Source of the DNA: an uncultured Muribaculaceae bacterium
GTDB lineage: Bacteria > Pseudomonadota > Alphaproteobacteria > Rs-D84
Direction: 5' to 3'
DNA: 32,000 nucleotides
Assembly: GCA_965231035.1 (NCBI GenBank)
Contig: OZ246409.1
Location: 301,101 to 333,100 of the forward strand
Shown here: one piece after another, positions 8,579 through 15,132 of the stretch
How positions within the stretch are numbered: position 1 is the stretch's first letter
Layout of the letters: every line of letters begins with the position of its first letter
The notes under the pieces: model-generated
Databases searched by the model: none
What the model was told of the DNA's origin: nothing
What the model saw: the letters and a program-made list of their open reading frames with translations, nothing else
Made by a program: the position numbers and the translations under genes

Positions 8579-9505
8579 ATGAAAAAGCTGTCTGAGTTTT
8601 TAAAGACAAATGTGCTGGCAGTAAAGTGGACCTTTTGGTATTTTGCTGCGTTTTATGCTGTCCTGTCCTTTTTATTTGGATTTAATATATTTTCTGCAAA
8701 TGATTGGATTATGATTACTCATTCCAGATTGCGCGGACTACCTGGTTTTACTTTTGGAATTATTATGTTTTCAGCAATTCCTTTGTACATTGCGACTACT
8801 GCAACAATTATAAAAACGAAAAAACCTTTATTTAATTTCTTTACTGCAAAAAAAGAAGAACCTAAAAAAATAGCCGAAGAAAAAAAAGAAGTTTTCAAAG
8901 AAATTATTATTCAATTTCCAGAAAGAATGCCGACTGAATTACGTGGTGCGTTTATTCGTGCAAGACAACAAGCTGGTGTCAGACCAGAATCTGCCTTTGA
9001 TATGAAAGACATAAAATCACAACCAAAAGTGGCAATCGAAGAAAAAAAAGAAGAAACACCAGAATTTGGTTTACCATTGCCTGATAATTTTGATTTTACA
9101 TCTGAAAACGAATCGCCTGCCGAATTACAGTTCAGTTCAACACCTGTGTTCAAAGAAATTAATTTTGGAGATTTTAATACAAAGAAAGATAGCAAATCAC
9201 CATTGATTGAACATCTTGAAAGCAAAGGATATGAAATTGCTTTTGATGGTAATGTTGTAATCGCAAATAATTTTGCAATTGCGGTTCACGACGATTCGGA
9301 TTTTTGGATTGCTGATAAAGACAATTGGTTTGCAGCAGGCAAACAAAAAGAATCCCCCATATCCGAAGTTTTAATGGTATCTGAAAAACACGGTGTAAAT
9401 GCGATGATTTATTTGGCGGAAAAAAATATTATGGATTTGGACAAACGAATTGCAGAATGGGAATTCAAAGGAGTCAAGGTTATTAAAAACCTGACTGAAA
9501 TTTAA
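8579..9505 (+). CDS. membrane protein (about 3 N-terminal TM helices plus soluble C-terminal domain), unknown function
   Basis: The ORF track frame runs 8543..9505 from a TTG. I prefer ATG 8579 (MKKLSEFLKTNVLAVKWTFWYFAAFYAVLSFLFGFNIF...) because the TTG coincides with a consensus -35 hexamer and has no SD. This is the only island ORF without a cleavable-looking signal peptide. Confidence 0.65.
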   Translation: MKKLSEFLKTNVLAVKWTFWYFAAFYAVLSFLFGFNIFSANDWIMITHSRLRGLPGFTFGIIMFSAIPLYIATTATIIKTKKPLFNFFTAKKEEPKKIAEEKKEVFKEIIIQFPERMPTELRGAFIRARQQAGVRPESAFDMKDIKSQPKVAIEEKKEETPEFGLPLPDNFDFTSENESPAELQFSSTPVFKEINFGDFNTKKDSKSPLIEHLESKGYEIAFDGNVVIANNFAIAVHDDSDFWIADKDNWFAAGKQKESPISEVLMVSEKHGVNAMIYLAEKNIMDLDKRIAEWEFKGVKVIKNLTEI

Positions 9506-9519
9506 TTAGCTAATAAAAC

Positions 9520-9658
9520 TTGTCATTGCGAGGAGTGCAACGACGAAGCAATCCAGTGGATAAAAATGCAAAAGCATACTTACTGGATTGCCACGCTTCA
9601 CTCGCAATGACAATCTGGTCTTATTTACTGGATTGCCGCGCTTCGCTCGCAATGACAA
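9520..9658. repeat. second cluster (three copies) of the same palindromic repeat family
   Basis: 9520-9556 ttgtcattgcgaggagtgcaacgacgaagcaatccag. 9583-9613 ctggattgccacgcttcactcgcaatgacaa. 9628-9658 ctggattgccgcgcttcgctcgcaatgacaa. Confidence 0.85.
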
Positions 9659-9664
9659 AGAAAT

Positions 9665-9690
9665 AAAAAATCCGCCAAGGCGGATTTTTT
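9665..9690. terminator. bidirectional intrinsic terminator between convergent genes
   Basis: aaaaaatccgccaaggcggatttttt, lying between the stop at 9505 (+) and the stop at 9693 (-). Confidence 0.8.
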
Positions 9691-9692
9691 AT

Positions 9693-12470
9693 TTACATCT
9701 GTACACCATTTGTAACTGTTGTTGGATCTTTGAATTTAGTACAAAAAACACCTTCAAATTTTTTCGTCACTCTTTTTCTTCCACCACCTATATGCAATAT
9801 ACCACCTCCACCTTTGCATCCACCACCACCAAAAAAACTTAACCCACCATAACTACAAGTATTAGATTTTGAATAAACATCTTTAAATGTATCACACATA
9901 GTCGTAACTGTAGTTATATTGCAAGTATTAGATGAAGATGAATATACAGAAGTTAAAGAAACCTTTCCAATCATATTACCCTTAGTATCCGTTTGAGTCC
10001 ATTCAGAATGACCACTGGATGCTACAGAAATTATATCCGACATCTTTGCACCACTTATAATATATTTCATTGAGTAAATATCATTACCAGACACACCTTT
10101 ACTTGATGTATCATCAAACAAATCAGCATAAGATGTAGCTTCATATGCTGTGCAATTCCCGTCAGAATCATAAGTTTTACAAGATTTAGGTTCTGATGCC
10201 ATAGCTGCACACATTGCTGTTTTTAAATCATCATTTTGATTTTCTAATGCTTCTGATACCATTTTATCATACTTTTTATTATAGTTTTTATTTGCTTTTT
10301 CCAAGCCAGAATTCATTATAGCCAATATAGAAGAATCTAATAAATTTGGATATCTTGCCGTAGATGTTGTTGATACTGCATTTGTTCCATCACCACGAAT
10401 TTGTGTCATATCACGACCCTCAATACACATCTTTATTTTTGCATCCTGAGACAAGACAGCTATCTTTTGATTCATCTTATTTGCCGTGGATTGTAAAGAT
10501 GAAACAACGCGTGAGGTCAAAGAATCTGAAGATAATAAATGATTTTTGTAATCATTTATATCAATCTCGTACTTACCAAATTTTACATCTGTATCACTAC
10601 TTTTTGTCCTTTCAATTTTCACATTTCCATAAGAAACTAATCCTTCAATTACATAATCTCCATTATTATCCTTGTAACTGGATAAACTTTCTGTACCAAT
10701 AGAATCATCATCATCGAATGCTGTGCAATTATCAGTATCACCACATATTTCTATCATTTTTTCAGACACAATTTTTTGACATTTATCCAGCAGCGAATTA
10801 TCTATATTAAGGTAAATTCCTTGTACTATATTATCTATATCATTAATATTATTTAAAACGCCATCTTTTTGACATCCTACCAGTTTATCAATTGGACATA
10901 GTTTCTTTATATCACTCAAATCTAAACCTATACAATTATGAAAATCTTCGCCGCAAGTATTTTCATTAGTGAAACATTCTTTAACTTCGGTTGTACAAGA
11001 ATCAACACGCATTGCTGATAATTTTGCATAGACATAATCCAGAATCAAAGGTTCTGCTGAAACACAAGGATCGATTTGCACTTTGCATAAAGAACGAACT
11101 GTTTCTGGACGTGATAAACACATATCATATGAACCATCCGGATCATTTGGATCAATTGTATCTTTACATGCTTTTTGGAAACATGAGGATATATTAGAAA
11201 TACAATTTGTCCGTAAATTAGATTCAGCCAATAGTTCAGCTGTTTTTAAAGTTGGTGCAACATCACGCAAAAATGAATTCCAAACCTGGTCTTTTACTGC
11301 AACACAAGAATTTGTTATATTTTCACACATTGGTTTTTTTGATTCCAGCGCATCCATAGTGGATGCAGCAACTGAAATTTTTGTATTTGATCCGGTTATA
11401 TCAACCATCTTCATAGAAGACTTAGAACTGCTGGACATCTTGGCATTTTCAGCCGCAGCAATTCCAACACAGCCTGTAAAATCACTTTTGCAACCTGCTG
11501 TATCAGTCATGCATTTTTCAAAAGCCAAAGTACACTGACCTAGGTCATATTTATTTGCTGTACGTAATGAATCCAAAGCGGCATCACGCAGAGCCTTTTG
11601 TGCAGTTGCTAATTTCTGTGTGCTGGAATTTTTTTGCTTAGTTAAATCATTTTCATACGCCGCACAATCAGATTTTATATTCTGAGAATAACCAAGTTGT
11701 ATCATTGCCAAATCTTCTGAACATTCTGGAATTTGTGCTGAACACAATTCAGCAACAGAACTATACAAGTCATTACCTGTTTTACCTTCAACAGGGCTTA
11801 CCTCTCTTTGTGCAAATATATCTTGATCCATTGTATCAGAATCCGTCTGATTCCACTGACTTAAATCCAACGTTTTTTTCTGGGTTACATTACTAGTTGT
11901 TAAACTATTTGCTGTATTGTTTGCAGATGCGATTACTTTATCTGCATCAGAACCCATTTCAATTTTTTCAACACCCTCGGTTGCCATTTTATAACTTTGA
12001 GCATCCAAAGCCTGAATCTGAACCTGAACCTTATCCAGCTCAGCCTTGCGATCACTGCATAAACAACGACCGCCACTGGTGTTTTCAATCATACAAAAAG
12101 AATCCATACATCCATAATATTTTTGCTTACAAGCTTCATCCACTATTATATTCTTGTTCACACCAGAAATTGCAGTACCTGAATTTATAACTTTTTGCAT
12201 AGTCCCAGCACGTGCAGAAACAACTGGCGCGGACATTGGAGTTGCCGCAGATCTGGCAGATATTGTTCGAACGTTTGAAGATGTTGCACTGGGCATTACA
12301 GCTGAACGTGCAGAAGTTGGTCTGACAGCAGCACGTGCCGACACGGGTGTTTGTGCAGTGCTTTCAGATGGTTGTGATACAGATTGACCACGCCTTTGCA
12401 CAGGAACTTCAGCATTTGCACACACAACAAAGGTTGCCATAAAAATAGAAAAAATTGCAATTTTTCTCAT
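9693..12470 (-). CDS. large exported cysteine-rich protein (925 aa, 38 Cys in predicted mature part by hand count), unknown family
   Basis: ORF track. Signal-peptide-like MRKIAIFSIFMATFVVCANA. GGAG Shine-Dalgarno about 8 nt upstream. Four SAR[AS][AG] repeats follow the signal peptide. Two units of C-x6-C-x6-C-x6-C lie at nt 11469-11534 and 10932-10997. The C-terminus is Gly-rich. Confidence 0.85.
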   Translation of the reverse strand: MRKIAIFSIFMATFVVCANAEVPVQRRGQSVSQPSESTAQTPVSARAAVRPTSARSAVMPSATSSNVRTISARSAATPMSAPVVSARAGTMQKVINSGTAISGVNKNIIVDEACKQKYYGCMDSFCMIENTSGGRCLCSDRKAELDKVQVQIQALDAQSYKMATEGVEKIEMGSDADKVIASANNTANSLTTSNVTQKKTLDLSQWNQTDSDTMDQDIFAQREVSPVEGKTGNDLYSSVAELCSAQIPECSEDLAMIQLGYSQNIKSDCAAYENDLTKQKNSSTQKLATAQKALRDAALDSLRTANKYDLGQCTLAFEKCMTDTAGCKSDFTGCVGIAAAENAKMSSSSKSSMKMVDITGSNTKISVAASTMDALESKKPMCENITNSCVAVKDQVWNSFLRDVAPTLKTAELLAESNLRTNCISNISSCFQKACKDTIDPNDPDGSYDMCLSRPETVRSLCKVQIDPCVSAEPLILDYVYAKLSAMRVDSCTTEVKECFTNENTCGEDFHNCIGLDLSDIKKLCPIDKLVGCQKDGVLNNINDIDNIVQGIYLNIDNSLLDKCQKIVSEKMIEICGDTDNCTAFDDDDSIGTESLSSYKDNNGDYVIEGLVSYGNVKIERTKSSDTDVKFGKYEIDINDYKNHLLSSDSLTSRVVSSLQSTANKMNQKIAVLSQDAKIKMCIEGRDMTQIRGDGTNAVSTTSTARYPNLLDSSILAIMNSGLEKANKNYNKKYDKMVSEALENQNDDLKTAMCAAMASEPKSCKTYDSDGNCTAYEATSYADLFDDTSSKGVSGNDIYSMKYIISGAKMSDIISVASSGHSEWTQTDTKGNMIGKVSLTSVYSSSSNTCNITTVTTMCDTFKDVYSKSNTCSYGGLSFFGGGGCKGGGGILHIGGGRKRVTKKFEGVFCTKFKDPTTVTNGVQM

Positions 12471-12494
12471 AACAAAATCTCCAATGCTTGATTT

Positions 12495-12503
12495 ATTTTA
12501 TCA
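12495..12503 (-). promoter_or_regulatory. candidate extended -10 element (TGATAAAAT on minus strand) for the 925-aa gene
   Basis: The reverse complement of 12495-12503 reads TGATAAAAT, 24 nt upstream of ATG 12470. The SD lies in between. Confidence 0.3.
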
Positions 12504-12555
12504 GAAAAATCAGATTTATGAAAGACTTTTAATAAAAATCTATTATTTAAACCCT

Positions 12556-12584
12556 AAAAAAATCCGCACGAATGCGGATTTTTT
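12556..12584. terminator. intrinsic terminator ending the ribosomal alpha operon (after rplQ)
   Basis: aaaaaaatccgcacgaatgcggatttttt: stem atccgca/tgcggat flanked by A and T runs, 19 nt downstream of the rplQ stop. Confidence 0.8.
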
Positions 12585-12602
12585 ATTTTTTAGATTTTTT
12601 GA

Positions 12603-13145
12603 TTATTTTCCTGTCGAACGACGTTTAACAGAAACTTCTTTCTTTGCTGATGTTGACTTAGAAACACCTGTATCTTTTGCAACTTTTGTTGCAACTGGTG
12701 CTTTTGGTGCTTTCTTTTCAGCAACTGGTGCAGAAGTTTTCTTTTCTTCTGTTTTCGCAGGTGCTACTTTTTTCGCATTTTCGTCACGATCAACCAATTC
12801 AATTATTGCCATCGGTGCAGCGTCACCATAGCGGAAACCTGCTTTCAATACACGTGTATAACCACCTGGACGTTTTGCATAACGTGGTCCCAAAACAGTG
12901 AACAATTTTTTAACTGTTGATTCACCACTGTTACCAAGTTCAGATGCCAACAAACGACGATTTGCGACAGAATCAACTTTGGCGCGTGTGATTAATTTTT
13001 CCACAACCGAGCGAAGATCTTTTGCTTTTGGCAAAGTTGTTTTAATTTGTTCTTTTTCAATCAAGTTTTTTGCCAAGCCTAAAAACAAAGCTTTGCGTGC
13101 GCTGTTATCGCGGTTAAATTTGCGTTTTGCTATTTGATGTCTCAT
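12603..13145 (-). CDS. rplQ: 50S ribosomal protein L17 with K/A/P-rich C-terminal extension
   Basis: [21 protein letters not shown]... is an L17-type N-terminus. AAGGAG SD upstream. Terminal position after rpoA. At 180 aa it is long for L17 because of the tail [35 protein letters not shown]... Confidence 0.95.
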   Translation of the reverse strand: MRHQIAKRKFNRDNSARKALFLGLAKNLIEKEQIKTTLPKAKDLRSVVEKLITRAKVDSVANRRLLASELGNSGESTVKKLFTVLGPRYAKRPGGYTRVLKAGFRYGDAAPMAIIELVDRDENAKKVAPAKTEEKKTSAPVAEKKAPKAPVATKVAKDTGVSKSTSAKKEVSVKRRSTGK

Positions 13146-13362
13146 TTATTCGCTCCTTTTGTTGCAGCCTGCTGTTACACAGGATCAAGACATTTTCATA
13201 ACCTGAAAATATTTCAGAATTATGAAGTTTTTCCAAGTTTCAAAAAACAACTTGGTAAGAAATTAAATTAAAATAATGCAGATGCGAAGCATTTGTCAAA
13301 GGGAGTGTATTGGACATACATGACCGAAAACAAATGCCAGCAGATGCGTTATTTTATTTAAT

Positions 13363-14391
13363 TTATTTGTATGGGTCTTCGTATTTCTTGGACAACTCAG
13401 AAATATTTTCTGGTGGCCAACCTGGTACTGTTATACCCAATCCCAAACCCATTGCTTCTAACTGAGCTTTGATTTCGTTCAAAGATTTGCGACCAAAGTT
13501 TGGTGTTTTCAGCATATCTGCTTCGGTCTTTTGAACCAATTCGCCCAACCAGTTAATTTTATCATTCTTCAAGCAATTGTTTGCACGAACAGACAATTCT
13601 AATTCGTCTACATGCTTTAACAATTTTGGATCAAATGGTAATGCGTCTTTTGCTTTTTCTTCTTCTTTGACTGCGCTGATTTGTGCAGGATCTTCAAAGT
13701 TAATAAATACGACCAATTGATCTGTCAAAATACGTGAGGCATATGCAATTGCATCTTCTGGAGAAACACTGCCGTTTGTTTTAACAGTCATTTCCAATTT
13801 ATCAAAGTCTGTTGACTGACCAACGCGTGTTTCAGAAACTTGGAAAGCAACATTCAAAATCGGGGAAAAGATAGAATCAACAGGGATAACACCTAATGGC
13901 AAATCTTCGGCATGTGCGTTTGCAGCAACATACCCACGACCTGTACCTAATGTGATTTCCATATCCAAAGATGCACCTTTGTCCAGGTTGCAAATTTCAA
14001 CATCTTTGTTCATGACTTCAATGCCACCACTTGTTTCAATCATACCTGCTGTAACAACTGCTGGACCTTTTACTTTTAATAAAGCTTTGTGTTGACCTTC
14101 GGTCAGTGCTTTAAAATAAACACCTTTTAAATTTAATATAATGTCTGTTACATCTTCGCGTATGCCAGACAAGCTGGAAAATTCGTGTTGAACACCATCA
14201 ATTTTAATATACAACGGTGCGCATCCCTGTAAAGAAGACAGCAGAACGCGACGCAATGCGGTGCCCAAAGTCAGACCAAATCCCTTTTCCAATGGATCTG
14301 CGATTAATGTTGCAATATTTGGATTATTTTCATCGATTTTGATATTCAGCTTTTTTGGCTTAATCAAAGTCATCCAGTTTTTTTCGATCAT
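13363..14391 (-). CDS. rpoA: DNA-directed RNA polymerase subunit alpha
   Basis: 342 aa. The C-terminal domain motif ELELSVRANNCLKNDKINWLGELV is typical of the alpha-CTD. Position is between rpsK and rplQ. Confidence 0.96.
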   Translation of the reverse strand: MIEKNWMTLIKPKKLNIKIDENNPNIATLIADPLEKGFGLTLGTALRRVLLSSLQGCAPLYIKIDGVQHEFSSLSGIREDVTDIILNLKGVYFKALTEGQHKALLKVKGPAVVTAGMIETSGGIEVMNKDVEICNLDKGASLDMEITLGTGRGYVAANAHAEDLPLGVIPVDSIFSPILNVAFQVSETRVGQSTDFDKLEMTVKTNGSVSPEDAIAYASRILTDQLVVFINFEDPAQISAVKEEEKAKDALPFDPKLLKHVDELELSVRANNCLKNDKINWLGELVQKTEADMLKTPNFGRKSLNEIKAQLEAMGLGLGITVPGWPPENISELSKKYEDPYK

Positions 14392-14440
14392 TTTGATTCC
14401 TTGTGGTTTAGTTTATTATTTTCACCTTAAAGGCCCGGGG

Positions 14441-14469
14441 ATTTTAACCTGTGTTTGCCAAATTGTCAA
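14441..14469 (-). promoter_or_regulatory. candidate sigma70 promoter for rpoA: TTGACA-17 nt-TAAAAT (minus strand)
   Basis: Reverse complement: TTGACA (14469-14464), 17-nt spacer, TAAAAT (14446-14441). About 50 nt upstream of ATG 14391, with an AAGGAA SD in the leader. Confidence 0.5.
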
Positions 14470-14528
14470 GAAAAACCTTGCTTTTTAGTAATTTTATGTA
14501 AAGATTCGTCTGAAACAGGAGGTGTAAT

Positions 14529-15101
14529 ATGAAACAACTATCTGATTCTTACTTTAAAACTGTACAAGATTTTGTACTAAAAAATCTTCAAAACCGTAAT
14601 GTTATCGTTAGTTTTGGAAAATCACACACTGATTTTGGGTATTCTGACAAAAACTTCTTTAAATTGGAAGCATTGAAAACTTTGTTTGATAAGGCCAATT
14701 ATCATATTTCTAATTTGGGCGCAAAAAAACTTGACGGTACCCAAAAAGATGTTTTTTATGATTTACAAGAATTCACATCTTTCCCTTTTGAGGATTCGGA
14801 ATCTAATAAGAAACTTTTTGATGTGCTCAAAGAATCAAATAACGGTTTTGTTCACTCGACTTATATTGAAAAGATTTTTATAAAATTTCCTGTTTTTGAT
14901 TCTGGCAAAGTAAGACAGGTACAAATTTCTGCTTTTCCAGAAGTAAGTGATTTTATAAAAGATCTCAGCTTTGAGCTATTAGCTTCAAAAATTAAAAAAA
15001 TGAAATTATTAGATGCAGTTATTACTTCAAATAATCCAAAAAGAATTCCCCGCAGAAAAACTGCAACGTTAAGTAGTGAAACACCTCAAAATCAAAGATA
15101 A
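14529..15101 (+). CDS. hypothetical protein (190 aa), orphan, inserted in the alpha operon on the opposite strand
   Basis: ORF track. A strong AGGAGGTG Shine-Dalgarno lies 5 nt upstream of the ATG. Followed immediately by a terminator. I recognise no motif. Confidence 0.6.
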   Translation: MKQLSDSYFKTVQDFVLKNLQNRNVIVSFGKSHTDFGYSDKNFFKLEALKTLFDKANYHISNLGAKKLDGTQKDVFYDLQEFTSFPFEDSESNKKLFDVLKESNNGFVHSTYIEKIFIKFPVFDSGKVRQVQISAFPEVSDFIKDLSFELLASKIKKMKLLDAVITSNNPKRIPRRKTATLSSETPQNQR

Positions 15102-15125
15102 AAAACCGCCAACTGGCGGTTTTTT
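15101..15125. terminator. bidirectional intrinsic terminator between convergent genes
   Basis: aaaaaccgccaactggcggttttt, lying between the stop at 15101 (+) and the stop at 15133 (-). Confidence 0.8.
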
Positions 15126-15132
15126 ATAATAT

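Noticed and set aside
6141-9658. Repeat clusters as a possible CRISPR array
   Set aside because: The copies occur in both orientations, with irregular spacings of 6-30 nt and variable centres. They pair with each other as hairpins. There are no uniform spacers and no cas genes.
9588-9842. 84-aa plus-strand ORF (MPRFTRNDNLVLFTGLPRFARNDK...)
   Set aside because: It is generated by reading through two repeat copies and the terminator, and it overlaps the 3' end of the 925-aa gene on the opposite strand. It has no SD. Repeat-derived artefact.
13165-13185. Third look-alike of the 18-mer motif (cctgctgttacacagg) in the rpoA-rplQ spacer
   Set aside because: Only the core gctgttac matches, and it is in the opposite orientation relative to transcription. 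The RNA loop sequence would therefore differ. Treated as coincidence or an unrelated hairpin.
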